A stretch of DNA of 64,000 bases from Anaerolineae bacterium (GCA_019913005.1 JAIOHL010000249.1:5615-69614), one strand, 5' to 3'. Positions 28,301-37,979 are shown, counted from the stretch's first letter. Notes: a model not told the origin generated them from the sequence alone. Numbers and translations are program-made.

Positions 28301-30115
28301 ATGGATTTTTCAACCCTGATCGCTCATGTAATTGCGATTGCGATACCCGCCCTAACCATCTACCTTTTCTATGCGTTTGACCTCTATGGCACGGGTCGAA
28401 TTAGCACGGTTTTGGTGAGTTTTGGGTGGGGAGCAATTGGGGCTTTTGGCATCGCCAACCTGACCTATCAACTGGTGTTTGCGGGTGTCGAATTTGATAC
28501 CCTAACCACGCGGGTTGCACCCACGCTTGAAGAACTGCTCAAGTCGGCGGTACTAATTTATCTCGTCTACCAACCACGTTTTCGCTACATTGTAGATGGT
28601 ACAATCTATGGAATCGCCGTTGGAATAGGCTTTGCGATGTCGGAAACCATCTTGATTTATCTACCCGATGCGGGTGATGCGGCCCTCTCGACTGCCATCA
28701 GCCGGGTGCTTTCGACCTCTTTAATGCACGCCACCGCCAGCGCAATGGTCGGGATTTTGTTTGGACGTTATCGGCGGGCGACCTCCCAAAATAAGCACAT
28801 TTTCCCTATTGTGGGCATCTTGCTTGCTATTGGGGTTCACACCATTTACAACGCAGGCCTCATCCAAATTGAAGGCTACAGCGATGGGCGATTTTTGCTG
28901 CTATTTGCCATTACGCTGGGTTTTTCGGGCAGTGCCTTCATTGCATTTGTCATGAATCAGGGGTTGAAGGAAGAAAAACGACGCTTTGAACAGACCCTCG
29001 GTTTGGACGTGGGGGTTTCGGCAGGCGAACGCAAGGCCGTTCAGCGTCTCGGTGGAAATGGTATCGAGCAGATTTTGGGCGAGATGAAAGAATTTTTCGG
29101 ACAAGAAAACATCACCCTCATTCGCCGTTTGCTGGTGGTGCAGGCCAATATCGGAATTTTGCAGAATAATCTGAAAAGCCAAGTCAGTGATCGGTTGAAA
29201 CGGGCATGGCAGGAAGAAATCGCCGAATATCAGCGCGAAAATGATGAAATCCGCACTCAATTAGGCGTCTACGTTACTAGCTTTATGCGCCGGGTGTTTC
29301 CGGCTGAAGATCAAGCGCTTTGGGATACGGTGAATGCTGAATTAGCCGATTATGACCCAACACTGGTGCATACCTTTGATATGTTCATGCGCGTTTCCGA
29401 ATTGGCCGAGACTTTTACGGTGGAGCAGTTGTCCGCGATGGCCGAGCGCCTGAGCCATATGGAAATATTTCGGAATGTGTCGCTGACTAATCTGGAAAAT
29501 CTTTGCCGGGCGATTGTGGTTGAAAATTATCCTGATGGCGCGGTTATTTTCGATCAGGGCGCGACGGGCGATTCCATGTATATGATTGAAGAGGGCAATA
29601 TCAATGCCTATGTGACCTCGCACCGGGACGGCGAAGATAAGTTTTTGCGGGCTTTCCGGGCCGGAGATGTGGTGGGCGAATTTTCCTTACTGGATGGGCA
29701 GCCCCGTTCGGCACGTGCGCTCGCGGTGGGGGGGGTCAAAGTTTTGGTGTTAAAGCGGCAGGCGTTTATGATGTTTATGCAAAGCCGTCCTCAGGTCGTC
29801 CTCGCTATGCTGCAATATCTGGCTGAAAAACTGCGCTACACCACCGTGTCGGTTGAGGCCAGCACCAGTTGGGCCACCCGCATCGCACAGGGGCAGTATG
29901 ATGAACCCTATGTCTTTAATCCACCCACGTCTACCATTGCTATTCCCGATGAACCTCCCCCCGCCTTAGAACCGCATGAACTTTCGGAAGACACCCCTGA
30001 AATTATCGGTACGTTATTGCTACGAGCAGCGGGTGTTCTCAAAGAACGGGAACGTCTCTTACGGAAACGCATTAGTGATACATGGAAGCGTGTCACCATC
30101 ACCGAGAAATCATGA
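28301..30115 (+). CDS. PrsW-family intramembrane protease fused to a cyclic-nucleotide-binding (CAP_ED) domain
   Basis: N-terminal ~215 aa are polytopic with EELLK (EExxK), FAMSE, SLMHAT and HTIYN motifs as in PrsW. The C-terminus carries FRNVSL...GAVIFDQGATGDSMYMIEEG...GEFSLLDGQPRSARALA (phosphate-binding cassette with RSA). Confidence 0.8.
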   Translation: MDFSTLIAHVIAIAIPALTIYLFYAFDLYGTGRISTVLVSFGWGAIGAFGIANLTYQLVFAGVEFDTLTTRVAPTLEELLKSAVLIYLVYQPRFRYIVDGTIYGIAVGIGFAMSETILIYLPDAGDAALSTAISRVLSTSLMHATASAMVGILFGRYRRATSQNKHIFPIVGILLAIGVHTIYNAGLIQIEGYSDGRFLLLFAITLGFSGSAFIAFVMNQGLKEEKRRFEQTLGLDVGVSAGERKAVQRLGGNGIEQILGEMKEFFGQENITLIRRLLVVQANIGILQNNLKSQVSDRLKRAWQEEIAEYQRENDEIRTQLGVYVTSFMRRVFPAEDQALWDTVNAELADYDPTLVHTFDMFMRVSELAETFTVEQLSAMAERLSHMEIFRNVSLTNLENLCRAIVVENYPDGAVIFDQGATGDSMYMIEEGNINAYVTSHRDGEDKFLRAFRAGDVVGEFSLLDGQPRSARALAVGGVKVLVLKRQAFMMFMQSRPQVVLAMLQYLAEKLRYTTVSVEASTSWATRIAQGQYDEPYVFNPPTSTIAIPDEPPPALEPHELSEDTPEIIGTLLLRAAGVLKERERLLRKRISDTWKRVTITEKS

Positions 30116-30163
30116 ATCTCCGTATTTTTGATCTAAACTGGACAGCACAGCACAATAGAGAGA

Positions 30164-30523
30164 TCAGGGTTTCTTAAGGTTTTCGAATTCCCAATGCCCC
30201 AACTCGCCAACCTTAAGGCCTACTTCATGCCATGTGTCGGCATCGCAGCGCCGCAAAAAACGTTCAATCTTGCCCATAATGCGCTTATAGTCATATTCAA
30301 AAACAATGAGATGATGTCGTCCAACTATGACATCATCTTTTGGATATTGATCCATCAACCATTGTGGGGTGCAGATAGTTAGGCCAAAAATCTCTTCCCC
30401 TATGCTGCCTTTTGGCCCGATTCCTAGTTCAAGATAGAAACAGAAGTTATCAGGTGGGTCAGGATAATAGGCCTCTAAATCGGGTATATCTGCACAATGG
30501 ATGCTTTTGATAACGGCTCTCAT
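30164..30523 (-). CDS. Imm8-like polymorphic-toxin immunity protein (orphan)
   Basis: IKSIHCADIPDLEAYYPDPPDNFCFYLELGIGPKG...EIFGLTICTPQWL...GRHHLIVFEYDY...GHWEFEN matches my memory of the Imm8 (PF15586) pattern. Hand-counted GC is about 37-43%. The ATG abuts the stop of the upstream gene (TAAATG on the coding strand). Confidence 0.6.
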   Translation of the reverse strand: MRAVIKSIHCADIPDLEAYYPDPPDNFCFYLELGIGPKGSIGEEIFGLTICTPQWLMDQYPKDDVIVGRHHLIVFEYDYKRIMGKIERFLRRCDADTWHEVGLKVGELGHWEFENLKKP

Positions 30524-31717
30524 TTAGACCTTCACAATAATTGGCTCAGTTTGAGGTTTGGCAAGCCATTCCATGCCCTTTTCAGTCACAATCACGTCTT
30601 CTTCCAGCGCTACCAGCCCATAGTTAGGCACTTGAACACCAAGTTCGAGGGTATAGGCATTGCCGACTTCGAGCAGGCCCATTGGACTCTGCCCATATTT
30701 TTCCCACATCGGCCCTAACAAGGTTGAGCCATCATGCACAGTGCGGCCAATTTGATGTCCAGTGGCGTGTAAAAATTCGGGATAGCCGTTCCGGATGATA
30801 TGGTGACGGGCGGCGGTGTCCACTGCGTTGCCTGTTACCCCCGGTTGCATGACATCGGCGGCGGCTTGAATCGCGCCACTGACGACCTTAAACCCGTTCA
30901 AAATCGGTTGGGGGATGCTGGTTTCGTTAGCAGGCTGCAAATACCACACGCGCTGCATATCGGAAACGTAATCCTCAAAATAGACCCCCAAATCCACATG
31001 AACCAACTGTCCGACCTGCGAGATATATTTTTCCGATGGGGCCGCATGTCCAATCGGTGAATCCGGGCCACAGTTGACAATCGGGCAATATTCGGGTTCC
31101 CACGCCGGAGTAAGACCGCGCTTGCTCATTTCGGCATGAATAAAGGCGGCAATTTCCCTTTCATGCAGACCGGGGCGGAGATAGCCGGTGATCTGGTCAA
31201 TAATTTCTTCGGTGAGTTTGACGGCTTGGCGAATGCGGGCGATTTCGGTGGCAGATTTGCGACCTCGCAGCGAATTCAAAATGCTCTCGGCGGAGATCAA
31301 TTCATAGGGTGTGCCTTGTAGATAACGCTTCAAAATGAGATACATCCCGTGCGAAAGGCCATCGGCGGCAGAATCGTTTTCGGAATAATTAAGGGCGATC
31401 TGGCGGGGATTTAGCCGTTTCAAAATCCGCTGCAATTCGGGCTGGATGCTCTGGTCATAGCCAATGATTTCGGTAAACCCCCCAATGCGTTCAACATTTT
31501 CCGCATCATAGCGCCCCACGATGGCGATTTTTTCGCCGCTGCGGATAATAATAAAGACCGATTGCCACGTCAAATTCATGCCCACTATAAGGCCAAGTGC
31601 CGGGTCAGCATTATGGGATGTTTCACGTACAAAGGTCATCCAAGCATCAATTTGTTTTTCTTGGAGAATTTCAACTGCCTGATTTAATTTTTCAAGCTGA
31701 ATGCTAAAATGGGTCAT
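30524..31717 (-). CDS. M24 family Xaa-Pro aminopeptidase/dipeptidase
   Basis: VHVDLGVYFEDYVSDMQR, HATGHQIGRTVHDG, TLELGV, LEEDVIVT (metal ligands). ATG 31717 preferred; an alternative ATG lies at 31765. Confidence 0.88.
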   Translation of the reverse strand: MTHFSIQLEKLNQAVEILQEKQIDAWMTFVRETSHNADPALGLIVGMNLTWQSVFIIIRSGEKIAIVGRYDAENVERIGGFTEIIGYDQSIQPELQRILKRLNPRQIALNYSENDSAADGLSHGMYLILKRYLQGTPYELISAESILNSLRGRKSATEIARIRQAVKLTEEIIDQITGYLRPGLHEREIAAFIHAEMSKRGLTPAWEPEYCPIVNCGPDSPIGHAAPSEKYISQVGQLVHVDLGVYFEDYVSDMQRVWYLQPANETSIPQPILNGFKVVSGAIQAAADVMQPGVTGNAVDTAARHHIIRNGYPEFLHATGHQIGRTVHDGSTLLGPMWEKYGQSPMGLLEVGNAYTLELGVQVPNYGLVALEEDVIVTEKGMEWLAKPQTEPIIVKV

Positions 31718-31793
31718 TCTGCTATCATCCTTCGATGTTGATTTGGAACGGCGCAAGTATACCATTATTCACCCTACAGATGAGGTCAAGTGT

Positions 31794-32636
31794 ATGACTG
31801 GGAAGCGAATGCTGCTCTCTTTTGCCCATCCTGATGATGAAACGTTTGGCATGGGCGGCGTGATTGCCAAATATGCCCAAGCGGGTGTTGAAATTTCCTT
31901 GATTTGTTCTACTGACGGGGATCGCGGAACGATTCCGTCTGAATTTTTGGAAAAGCACGGCTCGGTTGGGGCAGTGCGTGTTGCCGAGTTGGAGTGTGCC
32001 GCACATAAATTAGGGATTCAGCGTTTGTTCCGCTTTGGCTACAGCGACAGTGGCATGATGGGAACCGATAACAATCACCACCCCGAATGCCTGTGGCAGG
32101 CAAAGGACGAAGAGGTCGTTAGCAAGATTGTAGCGGTCATTCGAGAGGTCAGGCCGCAAGTCGTGGTGACGTTTGATGAATATGGCGGTTATGGACACCC
32201 CGATCATATTGTCATGTGCCGGACGACGACCAAAGCCTTTTTTGCAGCGGGTGACGCGGCTCAATATCCCGAAGCTGGCCCAGCCTATACGCCCCAAAAA
32301 CTTTACTATATGCCAGCCAAAAAGCTGATGATTTCACTGGGGATTGTGCGTTCCTTTGCCCAACGCCAAAATCCACGCAAAATTGGCGCAAACCGTGATC
32401 TTGATTTGATTGCCATCTATCAAAATGTGCCGCCAACACACACAACAATAGAGGTCGGGGAGTTTCTGGATATTTGGGATGAGGCCAACCAATGCCATGC
32501 TAGTCAATGGCAAGCCCCACCCATGCGAAAATGGCTGCGACGCCGCTTGTTTGCGAGTCAGCATTTCGTCCGCGTGTCGCCAAAAGCCACTCGATGGGCG
32601 CGACGGGAGACGGACTTTTTTGCAGGAGTTCAGTAA
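31794..32636 (+). CDS. PIG-L/LmbE family N-acetylglucosaminyl deacetylase
   Basis: LLSFAHPDDETFGMGG and GGYGHPDH motifs. ATG 31794. Confidence 0.85.
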   Translation: MTGKRMLLSFAHPDDETFGMGGVIAKYAQAGVEISLICSTDGDRGTIPSEFLEKHGSVGAVRVAELECAAHKLGIQRLFRFGYSDSGMMGTDNNHHPECLWQAKDEEVVSKIVAVIREVRPQVVVTFDEYGGYGHPDHIVMCRTTTKAFFAAGDAAQYPEAGPAYTPQKLYYMPAKKLMISLGIVRSFAQRQNPRKIGANRDLDLIAIYQNVPPTHTTIEVGEFLDIWDEANQCHASQWQAPPMRKWLRRRLFASQHFVRVSPKATRWARRETDFFAGVQ

Positions 32637-32682
32637 TAGCTCAACGAGATTTATGAGAAATTTTGCGGTTCTGAAAAGGGAT

Positions 32683-32715
32683 TGGTATAGTTGGAGTAAG
32701 GTGGACTAGTCCACC
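32683..32715. promoter_or_regulatory. candidate GntR/HutC operator: perfect 16-bp palindrome plus an adjacent half-site
   Basis: GGTGGACTAGTCCACC at 32700-32715 is a perfect inverted repeat centred on CTAG. TGGTATAG at 32683-32690 looks like a left half-site. The element is 41 nt upstream of the binding-protein ATG. Confidence 0.5.
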
Positions 32716-32755
32716 CTATACCACTCACACCTAAATTTTTTAGGAGAACCACAGC

Positions 32756-34531
32756 ATGAAACGATATTTGCTTTTGTTCGTGGCCTTTATTTTAGTATTT
32801 AGCGTAGTGGGCACCTTTAGCTCGGCTAAACCCGTTGCGAAAGCGCAAGATGCTCCCTCTGGAACGTTTCTCGGCACATGGCCCTATACTCTGCCACCCG
32901 ACCATCACCTGAACGGGTTTGACGCGAGTGGTTTGGATACCAACCTCGGCGTGGTGTATCGCCAAATTGTTGAACTGACTCCGGCCTACTATATGTGGGC
33001 GACCAATGAATATCTCCCCATGTTGGCAACCGAATGGGGTTTTACGGAAGATAATTCTGCTTACTACATCAAACTACGTGAAGACGCCCTATGGAGTGAT
33101 GGCACTCCCATCACCGCCGATGATGTGATTGCGACCTATGCGCTGGCACGCATTACCAATTACTTCTCGGTGTTCAGCGGTGGCTATATCTCCGATGTCG
33201 TAAAAGTAGACGATTACACTGTCAATTTCGTATTCGCAGGTGAACCCTCTTTGGTGGCCGAGCGTGGTATTCTCAAGAGCAGCATTAGCGCCGCTGCCAG
33301 CTATGGTGACCTGCCCCAACGCGCCCTCGATATGATTGCGAGTGGCGCCGCCTCGGATAGTGAAGAATGGGCAGCCCTCAAGACCGAAATCACTGAATTC
33401 CGTCCCGCTCAACTGCTCGCCAGCGGCCCCTATACCTATACGCTGGATGATGTCAGTGACAGCTATATGACACTGCATTGGCAGCCCAACAGCATTTTCT
33501 CCAGCAGCGTCAAATTTGGTGAAATCCGCCTGTGGGCAGGTGAAACCGAAGCGACGACCCCGTTGGTGCTGAGTGGTGATATTGCCCACTCAACCAATGT
33601 GTATCCGCCTTCAACCCAACAGGCGTTTGCCGATGCTGGCATCCGCTTGCTGATTATGCCGCGCATGTACGGCCCGGCTTTGTTGTTTAATTTCGACGTA
33701 CACCCCTTTGAAGTCAAGGAAGTTCGTCAGGCGATTGCTTACTTGATTGACCGCAGCGAAAATGCCTTCTTGACCAACGGCCTCGGCGCGACGGCTACCG
33801 TTTATATGTGTGGACTGCTCGATTCATCAGTGCCAGTGTTGATGAACCAAGAAGACATTGACAAGCTGAATCGCTATGAACTCAACCGGGATAAAGCCGC
33901 CGAACTGCTGGAAAGCGTTGGTTTTGCCAAGAACTCTGATGGAAAGTGGGCGGATGCCGATGGCAATGTGATCGCCGCCGAATATAAGTTCCCGGCTGAA
34001 TTTGCCGACTTCTCCGCCGCTGCCCAAAACGCGATTGACCAGATGAACGAATTTGGTTTCGACATCACCCCGGTTGCGACCCCATGGCAGCAGACGGCTC
34101 AAGACATCCGCGATGGAAACTTTGAACTGTCAGTGTGGAGTTGGGCTTCTGGTTCGCCGTTTTCCAGTCGTCAATTCTTTGGCCCGATCCAACGCTTTAA
34201 CTATGTTGGTCTGACCGATGGTCAAAAGGGTATGAATTTCCCGATGGAATTCGAGTACAACGGCGAAACGATTAACCTTGACCAAATGATTAAGGACGCC
34301 AGCAACGGTCTCGATATCGAAGTACAAAAGCAGCGTGCCGGTCAAATCGCTCTCATCATCAATGACCTGATGCCGTTCATCCCCTTGAATGTCATTCTCA
34401 GCACGGAGCCATGGAATGAGGACTTGCTTGCAGGTGGGCCTGCCGATGATGATCCTATCTTGCAGAACCCCAGTGCTGACCACTTTATTGTGCTCTACCT
34501 GTTGAACGGGACGATTGGCCCCGCCAACTAA
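32756..34531 (+). CDS. ABC transporter substrate-binding protein, family 5 (peptide/oligosaccharide type)
   Basis: Signal peptide MKRYLLLFVAFILVFSVVGTFSSA. Family-5 hallmarks (YYIKLREDALWSDGTPITADDV). Confidence 0.88.
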   Translation: MKRYLLLFVAFILVFSVVGTFSSAKPVAKAQDAPSGTFLGTWPYTLPPDHHLNGFDASGLDTNLGVVYRQIVELTPAYYMWATNEYLPMLATEWGFTEDNSAYYIKLREDALWSDGTPITADDVIATYALARITNYFSVFSGGYISDVVKVDDYTVNFVFAGEPSLVAERGILKSSISAAASYGDLPQRALDMIASGAASDSEEWAALKTEITEFRPAQLLASGPYTYTLDDVSDSYMTLHWQPNSIFSSSVKFGEIRLWAGETEATTPLVLSGDIAHSTNVYPPSTQQAFADAGIRLLIMPRMYGPALLFNFDVHPFEVKEVRQAIAYLIDRSENAFLTNGLGATATVYMCGLLDSSVPVLMNQEDIDKLNRYELNRDKAAELLESVGFAKNSDGKWADADGNVIAAEYKFPAEFADFSAAAQNAIDQMNEFGFDITPVATPWQQTAQDIRDGNFELSVWSWASGSPFSSRQFFGPIQRFNYVGLTDGQKGMNFPMEFEYNGETINLDQMIKDASNGLDIEVQKQRAGQIALIINDLMPFIPLNVILSTEPWNEDLLAGGPADDDPILQNPSADHFIVLYLLNGTIGPAN

Positions 34532-34547
34532 TCAGCTAACTTGAGCT

Positions 34548-34600
34548 AAAGCTGGGGGTGGGGGCGATTTTTTAATCAACCGCCCCCAGCTTTATTTCCA
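34548..34600 (+). terminator. strong intercistronic hairpin / attenuator between binding protein and permease genes
   Basis: AAAGCTGGGGG (34548-34558) pairs perfectly with CCCCCAGCTTT (34583-34593), followed by ATTTCCATTTT. Confidence 0.5.
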
Positions 34601-34616
34601 TTTTGAGGGGATTCCT

Positions 34617-35711
34617 ATGGGTGCCATTCCATTCCGCCGCACTGACCAACCCGTAAGCCAGCCAAGTTTATGGTCGTTGAGCAAAAGACTTTTGCGGGCG
34701 GTCTATAGAAGTTACATCTTTCGGGTCACGGTTCAGGGCATATTGACCCTGTGGGTAGTCACGACCTGCACCTTTTATATGATCCGCAAAATGCCCAATA
34801 ACCCGATTGAGGTCAAGATTGATGAATTTCAGACCAAGCAGAACTTGACCTATGAGGAGGCTAGGTCGAAGGTGGCAGGCCTGTTCGATTATGACCCCGA
34901 CGCACCTTTTATCGAGCAGTACACCGACTATATGGGGAATTTGGTGCAGGGCGATTTGGGCCGTTCGATCACCACCGGGCGCACCCCCGTGTCGCAACAA
35001 ATTGCCAAATACCTGCCTTGGACCCTATTTGCGGTGGGCTTGGGTCTATTGATTAGTTTTGTGATCGGCATGATAGCTGGTGCAGCGATGGCCTATTGGC
35101 GGGGCACCGTTTTTGATAACGTGATGACGGCCTTTGCTTCGATTAGTTATGGCATCCCCGACTTTGTAATCGCTTTTATGATTCTCCTGATTGGGGGCAT
35201 CCAACTCGAATTATTTCAAGTGGGCGATTATATTGGGTCGGTTGATCCCGAAATAAAGGCGGGCTTCAATCCCGAATATATCCGAAGCCTGCTGCAACAC
35301 GTGCTGCTGCCTGTGACAACCTATGTTTTAGCCAGCGTAGGCGGATGGATGCTCACGATGAAAAGCAGCACTATCTCAACACTTGGCGAAGACTATATCA
35401 CGGTGGCCCATGCACGCGGCTTAAGCCAGCGCCGCATCTTGTTTGGCTATGTGGGCCGCAATGCGATGCTGCCGTTGATGACCCGTCTGGCGATCAGTGT
35501 AGGGTTTGTGCTGAGTGGCAGCATCATCATTGAGTATATTTTTATTTATCCCGGACTTGGAAAATATCTTTTTGAAATGACGGGCAAACGCGATTACACC
35601 ACGATTCAAGGCATTTTTCTGGTGACATCCGCCGCAGTAGTAATCTCTAATATCCTAGCCGATTTGCTCTACGGGGTTCTAGACCCGCGTGTACGGGTAG
35701 GGAGCAAATAG
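34617..35711 (+). CDS. ABC transporter permease (DppB/OppB type)
   Basis: Six hydrophobic helices and the EAA-type loop TVAHARGLSQRRILFGYVGRNA. Confidence 0.9.
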   Translation: MGAIPFRRTDQPVSQPSLWSLSKRLLRAVYRSYIFRVTVQGILTLWVVTTCTFYMIRKMPNNPIEVKIDEFQTKQNLTYEEARSKVAGLFDYDPDAPFIEQYTDYMGNLVQGDLGRSITTGRTPVSQQIAKYLPWTLFAVGLGLLISFVIGMIAGAAMAYWRGTVFDNVMTAFASISYGIPDFVIAFMILLIGGIQLELFQVGDYIGSVDPEIKAGFNPEYIRSLLQHVLLPVTTYVLASVGGWMLTMKSSTISTLGEDYITVAHARGLSQRRILFGYVGRNAMLPLMTRLAISVGFVLSGSIIIEYIFIYPGLGKYLFEMTGKRDYTTIQGIFLVTSAAVVISNILADLLYGVLDPRVRVGSK

Positions 35712-35713
35712 GT

Positions 35714-36901
35714 ATGGGCTTTTTAATTGCAGTTGCCACTATCCCCGGCCTGATTATTGGCATTCTATGTGGCTTCGTGCCATTGGGTATTGGTCTGCGT
35801 TACCAGCAATTGAAATGGGGCATCGTTGGGCTGGCCTTGTGTGGACTGGCAGGTTTTTCGTTTGGCCTCATCGGTGGCTTTATCATGTTGGTGCTCACAA
35901 CGGCTGTGGTGATTTCTTATGCCTTTGTTGACCGCGAAGACCCCTTTACTTCCCGTGCATCCATTGAGGCTGTCAATTTTGAGGAATCGCAGCTTGAATT
36001 TTTGATGCGACAGATGGCGGCTCTAGGTCGAACCATTCGCCAGAGCGTGCGTGCCCTCATCCGTAACAAAGCAGGTTTTTTAGGCTTTATCGGCATCCTG
36101 TTTTTTGTGGGCATCTCGGTATTCGGCCCGTTGTTTATCGAATATGACGGCGATACCCATGTCGAGCGCCTTCAACCGGGAGCGCGTACCCTATTCCAAA
36201 AGCCTTCAAGTGAATTTATTTTGGGGCTGGATTGGAAAGGGCGTGATATTTTCTCCCATATGGTACATGGGGGTCAGAATCTAATTATCACCTCCATTGA
36301 AGCGGGCCTGATTGCAACGCTCGTTGCGGTGGTGGTCGGGGCGATGGCGGCGATGATCGGTGGTGTGGTTGACCAAATATTATCTGCTATCGCCAATTTC
36401 ATTTTGACCATTCCCCAATTCCCGCTGCTGCTGGTGCTGGCTTCGATTTTGAGTTTCAGCAACCGCTTCTATCTCGCATTTCTGTTTGCGGCCTTAAGTT
36501 GGCCTGCTCTGATGCGGGCTGTGCGTGCCCAAGTGTTGAGTTTACGCGAACGGGACTATGTGCAAGCTGCCGTCGCGCTGGATTTGGGACTGCCCCATAT
36601 CATTATTCGGGAAGTGCTGCCCAATCTGATGAGCTATATTGTGGTCAATATGATTTTTTCCATCCGATCCGCCATGTATTACATCGTCGGTCTCGTTTTT
36701 TTGGGTCTCGTGCCGCTGGAAGAGCCGGATTGGGGGGTCATGATCTATGTGGGTCGTCAGCAGGGGGCCATTTTTAATTCCGATGGTGCCAGCATGATTT
36801 TGTCACCTGTCGTCGCTATCGCCTTGTTTCAATTGTCCCTGATCCTCTTCACCCGTTCGCTCGAAGAGGTCTTTAACCCACGTCTGCGCTCAGGTCTATA
36901 G
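35714..36901 (+). CDS. ABC transporter permease (DppC/OppC type) with extended N-terminus
   Basis: YVQAAVALDLGLPHIIIREVLPN loop. Extra N-terminal TM helices. Confidence 0.9.
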   Translation: MGFLIAVATIPGLIIGILCGFVPLGIGLRYQQLKWGIVGLALCGLAGFSFGLIGGFIMLVLTTAVVISYAFVDREDPFTSRASIEAVNFEESQLEFLMRQMAALGRTIRQSVRALIRNKAGFLGFIGILFFVGISVFGPLFIEYDGDTHVERLQPGARTLFQKPSSEFILGLDWKGRDIFSHMVHGGQNLIITSIEAGLIATLVAVVVGAMAAMIGGVVDQILSAIANFILTIPQFPLLLVLASILSFSNRFYLAFLFAALSWPALMRAVRAQVLSLRERDYVQAAVALDLGLPHIIIREVLPNLMSYIVVNMIFSIRSAMYYIVGLVFLGLVPLEEPDWGVMIYVGRQQGAIFNSDGASMILSPVVAIALFQLSLILFTRSLEEVFNPRLRSGL

Positions 36902-36907
36902 GAGAAC

Positions 36908-37960
36908 ATGATGGCAGGCAAAGAAGTTGTCCTAAGTGTGCAAGACCTATCCATTACCTATCTGACACGGCGCGGACGATTACAAGCGGTCAGCCATGTT
37001 TCCTTTGATTTGCACCGGGGCGAGACATTGGCCCTGATCGGTGAAAGTGGCTGTGGAAAATCCACCCTGAATTTTGGCTTGATGCGCTTGCTGCCCAAAA
37101 ATGCCAACACGGACACAGGCAAGATTGTGTATACAGATCGGGCCGGACAAAAAATTGATGTGCTGGCCTTAAATACACGCTCCCTACGAAAATTCCGCTG
37201 GTCAGAATGTGCGATGGTGTTTCAAGGGGCGCAAAATTCACTGAATCCGGTGATTCATGTGCGCGACATGATTTATGACACGGCCAACGCGCATGGCCTG
37301 AATAATCGGGGCGAAGTGCGCGAACGGGCTTTAGAACTCTTTCGTAAAGTGCGCCTTGACCCGGAACGTGTGTTTAATTCCTATCCGCATGAACTCAGCG
37401 GGGGGATGCGCCAGCGGGTGCTGATTGCATTGGGGTTGCTGTTGAATCCGCAGGTCGTCATTTTTGATGAGCCGACTACTGCCCTTGATATTTTGACACA
37501 ACGCAGCATCTTGAACGTTCTGCGTGATCTCAAAGAGGAACTTGGCTTTAGTTCGATTTTTATCAGCCATGACCTTGCAGTGGCGGCGGAAATTGCTGAT
37601 ACCGTTGCGACCATGTACGCGGGCGAAATTGTCGAGATGGGGCCGGTCAATGATATTTTCTATGAGCCGCGCCATGCTTATACATTGGGATTGATGGAAG
37701 CCTCGCCACGATTGAGCGTCGGACGGGAAGAATTGGACGGAATTCCCGGCAGTCCGCCTGATTTGGTGGAACTGCCAACAGGGTGCAAATTTCATATCCG
37801 CTGCCCATTTGCTATAGAAACTTGCAAGACAACCCCGCCACAGCTTGAACAAGCCAGTATCGGGCACATCGTCGCCTGTTATAAGAGCAGCGAAGTATTG
37901 GAAAAAGGCAAGGAATTGCGCTCAGTTTCCTCGACGGCACGGGTAGCGCGTTTATCCTAA
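36908..37960 (+). CDS. ABC transporter ATP-binding protein (DppD/OppD type)
   Basis: GESGCGKST, LSGGMRQR, VIFDEPTTALD. C-terminal oligopeptide-type extension with CKFHIRCP. Confidence 0.93.
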   Translation: MMAGKEVVLSVQDLSITYLTRRGRLQAVSHVSFDLHRGETLALIGESGCGKSTLNFGLMRLLPKNANTDTGKIVYTDRAGQKIDVLALNTRSLRKFRWSECAMVFQGAQNSLNPVIHVRDMIYDTANAHGLNNRGEVRERALELFRKVRLDPERVFNSYPHELSGGMRQRVLIALGLLLNPQVVIFDEPTTALDILTQRSILNVLRDLKEELGFSSIFISHDLAVAAEIADTVATMYAGEIVEMGPVNDIFYEPRHAYTLGLMEASPRLSVGREELDGIPGSPPDLVELPTGCKFHIRCPFAIETCKTTPPQLEQASIGHIVACYKSSEVLEKGKELRSVSSTARVARLS

Positions 37961-37979
37961 AACGGAAACGATTATTTTT

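Noticed and set aside
35675-35690. GGTTCTAGACC string resembling the dre-like operator core
   Set aside because: It lies inside the permease coding sequence, is an imperfect palindrome, and matches only about 8 of 12 core positions.
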